Origin: Vulcanimicrobiota bacterium
GTDB taxonomy: Bacteria > Vulcanimicrobiota > Xenobia > Xenobiales > JADMJV01
Direction of reading: 5' to 3'
DNA: 64,000 nt
Assembly (NCBI GenBank): GCA_050250895.1
Contig: JBFWNU010000001.1
Span: forward strand, 352,001-416,000
This document shows positions 50,001 through 59,268 of this stretch, in pieces. Each line of letters begins with the position of its first letter. Position 1 is the stretch's first letter. The notes beneath the pieces are model-generated. The model saw only the letters and a program-made list of their open reading frames with translations. It was not told the DNA's origin and did no database searches. Both the position numbers and the translations under genes were made by a program.

Positions 50001-53000
50001 CTGGGCAGACCCGGCACGGCCTCTTCGACCGCCGCCAGGATTTCGACCCGCTTGATCGAGTCGATGCCCAGATCCGCCTCGAGGTCCATGTCGAGATTGA
50101 GCATGTCCACTGGATAGCCCGTCTTCTCGGCCACTACGCCCAACAGCGTCGTGGTCACACTCGTGTCCACTGCCGACCGGTTAACCGGGTGGGCCATCAC
50201 GGGGCTGACCCCCAGGACTTCGACAATCTGGCCCAGGGTGCGCAAGGCTCCCATCTGGTCGGGCTCGACCCGGGGCAGTCCCGGCACGGCCTCTTCGACC
50301 GCAGCCAGAATCTCGACTCGCTTGATCGAGTCGATGCCCAGATCGGCCTCGAGGTCCATCTCGAGGTTGAGCATATCCACCGGATAGCCCGTCTTTTCGG
50401 CCACCACGCTCAGCAGGGTGGTGGTCACCCCGGCATCCACGGCCGCCGGTCGAGTCGCCGGCTGAGCCATCGAAGGACTAGCGCCAAGGGCCTCCACGAT
50501 CTGGCCGAGCGTGCGCAAGGCGCCCATCTGGTCGGGCTCGACCCGGGGCAGACCCGGCACCGCCTCTTCGACGGCAGCTAGAATCTCGACCCGCTTGATC
50601 GAGTCGATCCCCAGGTCGGCCTCGAGGTCCATGTCGAGATTGAGCATCTCGGCCGGATACCCCGTCTTCTCGGCCACCACTGCCAACAGGGTCGTAGTGA
50701 CCCCCGAATCGGCCTGCTTGGTGATCGGTTGGGCGGCCGGAGCAGCCGCCCCCAGCTTGTCGACAATCTCGGCCAGCGTGCGCAAGCTGCCCATCTGGTC
50801 GGGCTCGATGCGCGGCAGACCCGGCACCGCCTCTTCCACTGCGGCCAAAATCTCGACCCGCTTGATCGAGTCGATACCCAGATCCGCTTCGAGGTCCATA
50901 CCGAGATGGAGCATATCCACCGGATAACCCGTCTTCTCGGCCACCACCGCCAGAATCGTCTGAGCGACCTTATCCCCCGCCGCCGCCGGCTTAGCCACCG
51001 GCGCAGCCTTCACCACGGGCACAGACTTCGACGCCACGGCCACCACTGGAGCGGGCGCAACCGTCGCAGCCTTCGCCACTACCGTCTTCCGACTACCGTC
51101 TACCGTCTGACTCGCCGTCTGACCTACCGTCTGGCCCACCGTTTGACTGGGCGTCTGGCCCATCATCTGAGCCACCAAACTCTGCTGGCCCTCGACCATC
51201 TTCTGGAAAGTGCGCTGAGCTTGCTCTTGCCCCTCCAAGAAGCGCTGATGGGCCTCGGCGGTTTGCTGAGCCATCGCCTGCATCGCCGACAAAGTCGATT
51301 GCACGCTCTGGAAAGCATCCTGGAACACCTGGCTATTCACCGCCGACGGAGCCGGCGCAGCCACTTTGGCAGTCACCACGGGCGCCTTCGGCGCCGCTAC
51401 CGTCTGACTCGTCGCCGGCCGACTACCGTCTACCGTCTGACCCACCGTCTGACTGACGGTCGGAGTTGCCGGAGCAACGGCCTTCTTCGGCCGCGGCGGG
51501 ATCGGTTTGCGGGGGGCGCGATAGTTGGCGCCGCTGATGGGAATCTCCATCCGCTTGAGGCGAGCGGGTTTGGGCTCTTTCTCCCAGGCGGTCAAGTTGA
51601 CCGGCAATCCCAGGGCGGCCAGTTCGGCCAGAGCCCGGGCCAGGTCGACCAGGGAGCGCTTCTTGCCCTGGCTGGCATCGAGGGCCACGGCCACATGCTC
51701 TTTGTCGCCCAAAATGGCCGGAACCAGACGACTGAGAACCCGTTTCGGCCCGACTTCGATGAAGACGCGAGCGCCGTCGGCGTGCATCTTCTCGATCTGA
51801 GCCACGAAATGAACGTCGTTGACCAACTGGTCCGCCAGCAGGTCTTTGGCCTTCTTCTCGGCGCTCGGATAAGCCCTGGCCGTCATGTTGGCATAAACCG
51901 GTAGATTGGCTTTCTTGAACTTGATCGAGTTCATACCCTCGCGGAAAGGACCGCGAGCTCCGGCCACCAGCGGGCTGTGGAAAGCGGCCGCCACCTGCAG
52001 GGCGATGACCGAGAAGCCGGCCTCTTTCATGATGGGACCGGCTTTGGCGATCTCTTCTTTCGAGCCCGACAGCACGCCCTGGGTAGGGCTGTTACGATTG
52101 GCCAGCTTGAGGTCGAGCTTAGCCTTCTTGAGCGCCTCTTCGACCTGCTCGAGGGGACCGGTCACGGCCAGCATGGTGCCCAAATCGTCACCCAGGTTGG
52201 CCATCAGGCTGCCGCGCAGGCGCGAAAGCTCGGCCAGGGCCGCCTCGTCGAACACACCGGCGGCGTGCAAGGCCACCAGTTCGCCATAGCTGTGACCGGC
52301 GGTGAATTCGGGGGTCACGCCAAAACGTTCGAGAATGCGATACATTCCCAGGCTGATGGCGCCCAGGGCCGGCTGAGCCATGTCGGTGCTGGTCAGCTCG
52401 GCCTGCTGTAGCTTCTGGTCGGCCTTCGAGAAGGTCGGGATGGGATAGATCTTCTGTGGAATCGGCTCGCCCATAGCGTGCAGCGACTCGAGCATCTCGG
52501 GGAAGATGCAGGCCAGCTCGCGAGCCATGCCCACGTACTGGCTGCCCTGCCCGGGGAAGAGAAAAGCCACCGGTCCGGGGGCCGGACCCTCGCCGTAGAA
52601 CTCGGGATTCTGGCCAGCCTCGAGCTTCTCCTTAGCTGCCTTGAGCCGTGCCTGGAACTTACCCGCCTCGACCACCAGCACTAGCCGGCAGTGATGGTCG
52701 GCTTTGAAGTTCTGGCGCGAGGTGTGAGCGGCTCGGGCCAGCTCGTGGCTAGCTTTGAGTTCGCTTTCGAGCTGGGCGATCAGCTCGGCCCGCGTAGCTG
52801 CCGAGTAGGCTACCAACTCGAGGGAATTATCCCATGAGGGTTGAGCCTTCTTGGCGTCATGCTCTTCGAGCACGGTATGGAAGTTGCTGCCGCCAAAGCC
52901 GAACGACGACAGAGCGGCCCGGCGCGGATGCTGGCTATTGGCCAGCCAGGGGCGGGCTTCGGTGTTGAGATAGAAGGGGCTATCCTCGATGCCCAGCTTG

Positions 53001-54256
53001 GGGTTGGGGGCGGTGACGTTGATGGTCGGCGGCAAGACCTTGTGGTAGAGAGCCAGGGCTGCCTTGATCAGGCCGGCCGCGCCGGCGGCCGCCTTGGTGT
53101 GGCCGATCTGAGACTTGACGCTGCCCAGGGCGCACCACTGTTTGCCTTGACCGGCCTCGGAGTAGACGCCTTTGAGGGCCTCGAATTCGACCACATCGCC
53201 GACTTTGGTGCCGGTGCCGTGAGCCTCGACCAGTTCGACGGTTTGAGGCTCGACCCCGGCTGCTTCATAGGCGCGGCGCAGAGCGCGGGCCTGACCCGGC
53301 GAATAAGGGGCATAGACAGCCTTCTGGCTGCCGTCGCTCGAGGTGCCCATGCCTCTAATCACACAGTAGACGCGGTCTCCGTCGCGCTGGGCTTCATCCA
53401 GACGCTTGAGCACGACCATGCCGATACCCTCCCCGATCAGGGTTCCGTCGCTGTCGGCGTCAAAGGGCCGGATCTTGCCGCTGGGGCTCAGCGCCGGCGT
53501 CTTCGAGAAACACATATACATGAAGATGTCGTTGAAGGTGTCGGCGCCGCCGGTGACCACCACGTCGGCCTTGCCGGTCTGCAGTTCCATCATGGCCAGA
53601 TGCGCCGCCGAGAGCGTGCTGGCGCAAGCCGCGTCTACCACGCAGTTGGTGCCGTGCAGGTCGAGGCGATTGGCGATGCGGCCGGCCACCACGTTGCCGA
53701 GCAGGCCGGGAAACGAATTCTCTTGCCAGGGCACGTAGTCGTCGGCAATCCGCTCCATCACCTCTTCGGCCGTGGCCGGGTCGACGCCCGACTCGAGCAA
53801 AGCTTTGCGCCAGTAGGGATGGCCCAGGCGGGCACCCAGCGGGATCACCAGCTCGAGACATCCCGTCACGCCCAGAATGATACTCGTCTTCTCCTTGTCG
53901 AACTCGCGCTCGGGAGTATATCCGGCATCTTCGAGGGCCGCCTTGGCCACCACCAGACCCAGCAGCTGCGAGGTATCGGTGGCTTCGAGGACGGTCGGAG
54001 GAAGGCTGAATTCGGTGGGATCAAAACCAACCGCATCCAAAAACCCGCCGCGCTGGCAATAGGTCTTGTCGGGGGCTTTCTGATCCGAATCGAAATAGTC
54101 GTCGGGACGCCAGTGCGTGTCAGGCACCTCCGAGATGGTATCGACCCCCATGCGGATAACCTGCCAAAACCCGTCGAGGTCTTTGGCCTTGGGAAAAATA
54201 CAGGCCATGCCGACCACGGCGATCGGTTGATGTTGACTGGCGTTGGTTTTGCTCAC
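47078..54256 (-). CDS. pfaA: PUFA synthase PfaA/Pfa2-type (KS-MAT-6xACP-KR-DH)
   Basis: DAACAST, GHSYG, six LGIDSIKRVEIL ACP motifs, TGGARGVT KR and HVIGGRPVLP DH. Confidence 0.95.
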   Translation of the reverse strand: MSKTNASQHQPIAVVGMACIFPKAKDLDGFWQVIRMGVDTISEVPDTHWRPDDYFDSDQKAPDKTYCQRGGFLDAVGFDPTEFSLPPTVLEATDTSQLLGLVVAKAALEDAGYTPEREFDKEKTSIILGVTGCLELVIPLGARLGHPYWRKALLESGVDPATAEEVMERIADDYVPWQENSFPGLLGNVVAGRIANRLDLHGTNCVVDAACASTLSAAHLAMMELQTGKADVVVTGGADTFNDIFMYMCFSKTPALSPSGKIRPFDADSDGTLIGEGIGMVVLKRLDEAQRDGDRVYCVIRGMGTSSDGSQKAVYAPYSPGQARALRRAYEAAGVEPQTVELVEAHGTGTKVGDVVEFEALKGVYSEAGQGKQWCALGSVKSQIGHTKAAAGAAGLIKAALALYHKVLPPTINVTAPNPKLGIEDSPFYLNTEARPWLANSQHPRRAALSSFGFGGSNFHTVLEEHDAKKAQPSWDNSLELVAYSAATRAELIAQLESELKASHELARAAHTSRQNFKADHHCRLVLVVEAGKFQARLKAAKEKLEAGQNPEFYGEGPAPGPVAFLFPGQGSQYVGMARELACIFPEMLESLHAMGEPIPQKIYPIPTFSKADQKLQQAELTSTDMAQPALGAISLGMYRILERFGVTPEFTAGHSYGELVALHAAGVFDEAALAELSRLRGSLMANLGDDLGTMLAVTGPLEQVEEALKKAKLDLKLANRNSPTQGVLSGSKEEIAKAGPIMKEAGFSVIALQVAAAFHSPLVAGARGPFREGMNSIKFKKANLPVYANMTARAYPSAEKKAKDLLADQLVNDVHFVAQIEKMHADGARVFIEVGPKRVLSRLVPAILGDKEHVAVALDASQGKKRSLVDLARALAELAALGLPVNLTAWEKEPKPARLKRMEIPISGANYRAPRKPIPPRPKKAVAPATPTVSQTVGQTVDGSRPATSQTVAAPKAPVVTAKVAAPAPSAVNSQVFQDAFQSVQSTLSAMQAMAQQTAEAHQRFLEGQEQAQRTFQKMVEGQQSLVAQMMGQTPSQTVGQTVGQTASQTVDGSRKTVVAKAATVAPAPVVAVASKSVPVVKAAPVAKPAAAGDKVAQTILAVVAEKTGYPVDMLHLGMDLEADLGIDSIKRVEILAAVEEAVPGLPRIEPDQMGSLRTLAEIVDKLGAAAPAAQPITKQADSGVTTTLLAVVAEKTGYPAEMLNLDMDLEADLGIDSIKRVEILAAVEEAVPGLPRVEPDQMGALRTLGQIVEALGASPSMAQPATRPAAVDAGVTTTLLSVVAEKTGYPVDMLNLEMDLEADLGIDSIKRVEILAAVEEAVPGLPRVEPDQMGALRTLGQIVEVLGVSPVMAHPVNRSAVDTSVTTTLLGVVAEKTGYPVDMLNLDMDLEADLGIDSIKRVEILAAVEEAVPGLPRVAPDQMGSLRTLGQIVEVLGVSPGVTAVASQPAPVATGVTTTLLTVVAEKTGYPVDMLNLDMDLEADLGIDSIKRVEILAAVEEAIPGLPKVAADQMGSLRTLGQIVEVLGVGPAPTQEPADQTQDVLLSVVAEKTGYPVEMLNLDMDLEADLGIDSIKRVEILAAVEEAIPGLPKVAADQMGSLRSLRQVLGALGHGSNGVAQAAAPARPLGRKVLRAVQLEAGQMMGFPVTRGVLAVAEDQPGLGESIVAALKGRGLKAEVVQGDLPGDLSGLILVANGGQWEATEKFLKQAFLLTKQAAKSLRETKGMLVTVSRTDGSFGMAAKSFDPLAGALAGLPKTVAHEWPEVWVRALDVAREIDGEAVVSELCLDGPIEVGLQPDRRLGLVIDSVATEAGPPALGQGDLVVITGGARGVTAHTAIALAKAVRPNFMLLGRSEVPSAEPEWLAGLTDAAAIKKTLLAREFNGKATPVELEQSYRSHMANREIRQTLAALEQAGSKAEYRSVDIRDRKAVKKVLADTKLGPVKGVVHGAGVLADRRIEDKTPEQFDSVFDTKVSGLRNLLDLTKNLKALVLFSSVTSRFGRPGQLDYCMANEVLNKVAQQYARQNPDCKVASMCWGPWEGGMVTPGLKKEFERLGVGLIPLDGGAQALVKELSHPAKDEIEVLIGDGFPEPERPAPRLTATASTLSPVLERKLSTENFPFLESHVIGGRPVLPVAVILEWFAHAALHGNIGLRFFGIEDLRVLRGLALENGVEPTIAVSAGELVPDGDGFRVEVELRDQTRNILHARGTVLLAPDLPSAPTLEPVNGLASQAYPYEPGQIYDKLLFHGSHFQGIKAVEGISDEGLVADLKAAPKPSKWVLDPVRSEWLTDPLVVDSILQLGILWCIEQMEKPSLPNGGARYRQYRRRFPREGARAILRVSSHSAHRMSANVYLTDAAGEVVASFEGVEWTADANLRKAFAKKVLATP
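49420..50960 (-). repeat. Six tandem ACP-coding repeats (~260-270 bp) in pfaA
   Basis: Near-identical AEKTGYP..ML..DLEADLGIDSIKRVEILAAVEEA units. Confidence 0.95.
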
Positions 54257-54270
54257 CTTGGATAGACTCC

Positions 54271-55899
54271 CTATCGTTTCAGCAACTGATTCAGTTGTTC
54301 TTCTTCAAGCGGCGCGAAGTTCGAGAATTCGGCCGGCAGGGCCACTCCCTGTTGACGCAGCCAATTGACCCTGGTCAACACGGCACAGCCCACCATCAGG
54401 TTCTTAGCCAGGGTGACCACCTTACGGTGCTCGGTCCCTTCCAAGAAAGTGCCTTTCACCCACTGATTGAATGCTCCCATAGCGGGACCGCACCAGATCT
54501 GGTAGTCGACTTTGCGGTCGGCCAGGCCGGCGTTGGCCCAGCCCGAGGACCGACCTAGATAGGAACGGAAAACCAGCGCCATCTTGTGCTTGGCGTCGCG
54601 TTCGGCCCGTTCATTCTGGCGTGGGTCGCGCTCTTCGAAGAACTTTCTAGTGTTGGCCCACTCTTGCTCGAGACTACCCCGGAAGTAGTCCCGTTCCAGC
54701 GTGGTCCGCTCTTTCTCAGGTAACTCGTCGAGGCTGCCATAGTTGCGGTAGAGTTCGTAGAGCTTCTTGGCTCGGACCGGGAACATGGTGCCGTATTTGA
54801 GCACCTGCACCTGGACACCCATCTCGAACATGTCGGCGGCGGGAGCCATGGCCACGTCTGCCTGCTTGGCTTTGGCCAACATCTCGCGCACCAGGTCGGA
54901 CGACCCCGACTCGACGCAGGCCTGGTTGATCGAGCCCGTCAGGACGTAGGCAGCGCCCATGGTGAAGGCGGCACAGGCCGATACGGGAGTGGCTACCCCA
55001 CCGGCTGCACCCACCCGCAGATTCTGGAAGCCATAGGTCTTTTCCATCTCGTCGCGCAGGGCGATCATGGTAGGCACCAGAGCCAGAGCGGGACGATTGT
55101 CGGTGTGCCCCCCCGAATCGGCCTCGGCGGTCAGGTCTTCCGCCATCGGGATGCTCTCGGCCAGCTTGGCCTCATCGGCCGTAATCTGGCCGCTCTCGAC
55201 CAGCTGGCGCAACAACTTTTCTGGCGGGGGAGCGAAAAACCGCGAGGCCACCTCGATGCGCGAAACCTTGGCGATGACCTTGTTGGGCACCACGATATTG
55301 CCCTGCGCGTCACGGTGAATCCCGCTGACCCGATAGCGCACCAGCGGTGCGGTCAAGCCCAGATAAGCCGAGGCGCTGACCCGACGCACCCCTTTGCGAA
55401 GATAGAGGTCGACCACGCCGGCCTCGAGGTCGGGCTCGTTGGGGCTGTGAATCAGATTGGAGCCGAAGGGCAGCTCGCCCAAATTCTTTTGGAGCCGATC
55501 GATGGCGGCCTCGACTCGGGCCAGGGGCAGTCCCGCCGCGCCGAAAAAGGCCAGCATCCTGGCCTTAGCCATGGCCTCGACGATCTCTACCGAGCAAATT
55601 CCGTTGGCCATGGCCCCGGCCACATAGGCCAGGTCCACGCCATGAGCCTTACAGAACTGGGGATCACCCAGGCGTTGGGGAGGCAGGGAAGGCACATAGG
55701 CCCCAACCGGGCTGCCACCCCCGCCAAGCGACAACTGGGCGTCGCGAAGGACCCCCAGTCCACGGTCGCTCTCGACCACGCAAAAAGGCTCGTCCAGCCT
55801 TAGAAGGGCTGCTTGAATCGCGGGCAGGCCGACCTCGATATCCCCCTGGCCCGGCTGCCACCCCAGCCCCCTCTGTCCTAACTCAGAAATCGCTTGCAT
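54271..55899 (-). CDS. pfaD: PUFA synthase enoyl reductase PfaD
   Basis: GAMANGI, EADSGGHTDNRP, APAADMFEMG and YQIWCGPAMGAFN. Confidence 0.95.
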   Translation of the reverse strand: MQAISELGQRGLGWQPGQGDIEVGLPAIQAALLRLDEPFCVVESDRGLGVLRDAQLSLGGGGSPVGAYVPSLPPQRLGDPQFCKAHGVDLAYVAGAMANGICSVEIVEAMAKARMLAFFGAAGLPLARVEAAIDRLQKNLGELPFGSNLIHSPNEPDLEAGVVDLYLRKGVRRVSASAYLGLTAPLVRYRVSGIHRDAQGNIVVPNKVIAKVSRIEVASRFFAPPPEKLLRQLVESGQITADEAKLAESIPMAEDLTAEADSGGHTDNRPALALVPTMIALRDEMEKTYGFQNLRVGAAGGVATPVSACAAFTMGAAYVLTGSINQACVESGSSDLVREMLAKAKQADVAMAPAADMFEMGVQVQVLKYGTMFPVRAKKLYELYRNYGSLDELPEKERTTLERDYFRGSLEQEWANTRKFFEERDPRQNERAERDAKHKMALVFRSYLGRSSGWANAGLADRKVDYQIWCGPAMGAFNQWVKGTFLEGTEHRKVVTLAKNLMVGCAVLTRVNWLRQQGVALPAEFSNFAPLEEEQLNQLLKR

Positions 55900-56044
55900 G
55901 CGCTAAAAACCTCGCAGAAAAAAGGAGCTAGACACTCCTTCCCCGCTTCATACCCCGATGATTCGAATTTCAATCCAGGGCGAGGTTATAACGCGGTTGC
56001 TCCCCGGATTATTTCATCCGAGCATGGTTTTTTTGCAGGGATAG

Positions 56045-59000
56045 CTAGGCAAGGCGGGCGGCCCGGCTATTGCGGGCCTCCTCCATGGCTAGCAGCAGGG
56101 TTCGCGAGTTGAGCGGTTTGGTCACATAGCTATCCATGCCGTAGGCGAGATACTTCTCCCGGTCCCCAGCCAGGGCGTGGGCCGTCACCGCCACCACCGG
56201 CAGGTCGCGTCCTCGTTCACAGGCCCGTAGAGCGCGCACGGCCTGAACGCCATCCATGACCGGCATCTGAATGTCCATCAGCACGAGATCAAAGCTTTGC
56301 CGGGCGAACTCCTCGAGGGCCTGCTGTCCGTTCTTGGCCAGCACCACCTGGTGCCCGCCCTTCTCCAGCAAACGCAGGGCCAACTTCTGGTTGATGGGGT
56401 TATCCTCGGCCAGCAGGACCCGCATCGGCGCGAGACCCGGCCCTTCGCCAGCTTCGTCGGGGTCGCAAGCCGGGGCGGGCTGGCTTCCGGCTTTGGCGAA
56501 CTTGACTTGAAAGTGGAAGAGACTCCCCTGGCCAGATTCGCTGGTGACTGCCAACTTGCCACCCATCAGTTCCACCAGTTGGCCCGAAATCGTCAGGCCC
56601 AGGCCCGTGCCGCCGAACACCCGCGTGGCCGATGTGTCGGCCTGGCTAAAGGCTTCGAAGATCCGTCGTTGCTGGTCGGGGGCGATTCCGATGCCGCTGT
56701 CGGCCACACCGAACTGAACCACAATCAGGTCTTGCTCGTCGGCCTCCAGGTCGACCGTCAGGGTAATTTGCCCGCCTTCCGGGGTGAACTTGATGGCGTT
56801 GCCAACCAGGTTTACCAGCACCTGATTGAGTCGCCCCGAGTCTCCGACCACCCGTTCCGGCAGAGCCGGGCTGATGCGACACTCGAACTCCAGCCGCTTC
56901 TGGCTGAAGCGCACTCGATGGTGGCGCTCGAACTCGGTCAACAGACGCCGGAACTCGAATTCGGTGGGCTTGAGTTCCAGCTTCCCGGCCTCGATCTTCG
57001 AGAAGTCGAGGATATCGTCGATGATGTGCAACAAAGCTTCGGCAGACTGCTTCACCGTATGAGCCAGGTCGCGCTGGTCGTGGTCGAGTTCACTGTCGAG
57101 CAGTAGATTGGTCATGCCCAGGACTCCGTTCATCGGGGTCCTGATCTCGTGGCTCATGTTGGCCAGAAACTGGCTCTTGGCTCGAGTGGAAGCTTCGGCT
57201 CGGGCCTTGGCCTGCACCAGCAACTCGGCCTGGGCGGTCAGGGCTTGGGTCTGGAGAGTCTCACGGGCCCGGCTCTGTTCGAGTTCCTCGACGTGCTGGC
57301 GCAATTGGTCGTCCTTCTGGCGGCGCTCGGTAATGTCCAAAAAGGCTCCCGAGACGCGAACGAGGCGTCCGAGTTCGTATTCGGGTCCTCCCAGAGCCCT
57401 GACCCAGAGGAGGTTTCCCTTCTCGGTGCGCAGCGGAAGTTCAAGATCAAAGCTTATACCTTCTTCAGAGGCCGCCCGGACAGCCTCGGCAATCTGGCGG
57501 CGAGCATCGCCGACATAGTAGCGGATTGCCTCCTCGATGGTGGGGGCATCAGTGTCTTCGCGCTCGTGGATACGAAAGATCTCCCGCGACCAGTGCAATC
57601 GATAGTCGGCCAGGTCAATGGTCCATCCTCCCATCGCGGCGATTCGCTCGGTCTGTTCCAAACGTTCAAGATTCCAACGGAGTTCAGACTGGGTGGCCCG
57701 CAATTCGCTGATGTCACGGTGGGTTCCGGCCGCTCTGAGCGGCGCGCCGTGCCGGTCGCGTTCATAGACCTGTCCCTGGGTGTGGACCCACTTCCACCCT
57801 CCCTTCCTGGTCTTGAGCCGAACCTCGGCCTCATAATAATCGGTCTCGCCGGCCAGGTGGGCCTGAAGAATGGGAGTCACCCTTTCCCGATCATCAGGAT
57901 GCAACAAAGTCGCCCAGGTGTCGAAGTGCCCTGCCAACTCGGCAGCTTCATAGCCGAGCATCGACATCCACCGCTCGTTAAAAAAGGCCGCGTTGGTCTG
58001 GATGTTCCAATCCCACACCCCCAGGTCGGCGCCCTTGACGGCCAACGAAGCTCGCAGCTCGGTTCGGCGCAGATGAGCCAGCATCTGCTCGCGCACGACC
58101 AGACCGGTCAGAGCCTGGCCCACCGCGTGCATGAAGTGGTGCTCCTGCAACGAGCCACGATGCCCCTCGGCCAGATACAGCACCATGACGCCCAGGGTCT
58201 GGTCGCCGTGGACGAACGGCACATTGTAGTTTCCGTGAGGCCGCATTCCCTCATAAGTATTGTCGTGACGGCAGTCAACGCAGGAAGCGAACTGCAACCT
58301 TTGGGTGGCGGCGGCCCGCCCGCACAGGCAGTGTCCGAAAGGAACCTGGTCGCAGAGCACCCGCAACTGGGGGGCCAGCCGATGCTCGACGGTCAGGCGC
58401 AGGACCGGATCATGGTCAGGGTCGGTGAGGAAGATGGCACCGCTATCCTGGATTCTCAACCAGCTGGTCCCGAGCACGGCCCCCAGCGCCTGGCGCAACT
58501 TCTCTTCCAGGCTCAGCTCCGTCAGCGAAAGCTCGAGAATCTTGATGACGATCTGATTGGTTTGGAGGTTCTTCTGATACTCCGAGGCCAACTCTTTCTC
58601 GGTTCGCAAGTCGCGCAACACCGCCGTGAAGCCGCTGAAACCGAGACTGCGCACGCGGGTCACCGAAAGCCAGATCGGAAACGGCCGGCCCTGCTTGGGG
58701 CGAACGTAGACCTCACGTCCCCGACCCACCACCGGAGCCTGGCCGGTCTTCAAATAGTCCCCGAGAAACTGGTCCTGTGCGGCAGCCGTCCGATCCGACA
58801 GAATACCCACGTTCTGGCCAACCAGCTCCTCGACTTCGTAGCCCAGCATTTCTGTGGTCGCCCGATTGACCGAGTGGATGGTGCCGCAGTCATCCATGGT
58901 GATGATCGCCTCCAGCACGTTCTCGAAGACTGACTGCAGCCGCTGGGCACTGGCTTCAGCTTGCTCCAACTGGCGAGCCCGAGCGTCGTGCTGGGAGTAT

Positions 59001-59167
59001 TGGCGAGCCAGTAGCCAGCTCAAGACAAGAGACCCTAATAAGCCCCCGCGGGCCAGCCAGAAATCGCCCTGCTCCATCAGCATCCCGGCCCAGGCCAGGC
59101 TCAGGATCGCCCCCGTGGCCAAAACCAGAGCCAGCCACAGATATTGCTTCATAGGCTTCGTGGTCAC
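56045..59167 (-). CDS. Hybrid sensor histidine kinase (PAS-GAF-PAS-PAS-HisKA-HATPase-REC)
   Basis: FLANMSHEIRTPMNG, GNAIKFT, GGTGLGL and LMDIQMPVMDG. Confidence 0.95.
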   Translation of the reverse strand: MTTKPMKQYLWLALVLATGAILSLAWAGMLMEQGDFWLARGGLLGSLVLSWLLARQYSQHDARARQLEQAEASAQRLQSVFENVLEAIITMDDCGTIHSVNRATTEMLGYEVEELVGQNVGILSDRTAAAQDQFLGDYLKTGQAPVVGRGREVYVRPKQGRPFPIWLSVTRVRSLGFSGFTAVLRDLRTEKELASEYQKNLQTNQIVIKILELSLTELSLEEKLRQALGAVLGTSWLRIQDSGAIFLTDPDHDPVLRLTVEHRLAPQLRVLCDQVPFGHCLCGRAAATQRLQFASCVDCRHDNTYEGMRPHGNYNVPFVHGDQTLGVMVLYLAEGHRGSLQEHHFMHAVGQALTGLVVREQMLAHLRRTELRASLAVKGADLGVWDWNIQTNAAFFNERWMSMLGYEAAELAGHFDTWATLLHPDDRERVTPILQAHLAGETDYYEAEVRLKTRKGGWKWVHTQGQVYERDRHGAPLRAAGTHRDISELRATQSELRWNLERLEQTERIAAMGGWTIDLADYRLHWSREIFRIHEREDTDAPTIEEAIRYYVGDARRQIAEAVRAASEEGISFDLELPLRTEKGNLLWVRALGGPEYELGRLVRVSGAFLDITERRQKDDQLRQHVEELEQSRARETLQTQALTAQAELLVQAKARAEASTRAKSQFLANMSHEIRTPMNGVLGMTNLLLDSELDHDQRDLAHTVKQSAEALLHIIDDILDFSKIEAGKLELKPTEFEFRRLLTEFERHHRVRFSQKRLEFECRISPALPERVVGDSGRLNQVLVNLVGNAIKFTPEGGQITLTVDLEADEQDLIVVQFGVADSGIGIAPDQQRRIFEAFSQADTSATRVFGGTGLGLTISGQLVELMGGKLAVTSESGQGSLFHFQVKFAKAGSQPAPACDPDEAGEGPGLAPMRVLLAEDNPINQKLALRLLEKGGHQVVLAKNGQQALEEFARQSFDLVLMDIQMPVMDGVQAVRALRACERGRDLPVVAVTAHALAGDREKYLAYGMDSYVTKPLNSRTLLLAMEEARNSRAARLA

Positions 59168-59268
59168 CTTCGTCCTATCGGAAGGCAGCTGAGGTTACCA
59201 ATGAGTATTTCCCCCCTATTTTCGACCGCTCGCAGGGTGCAGTCGCCGCGAGCCAAAATGCTAGCTGC

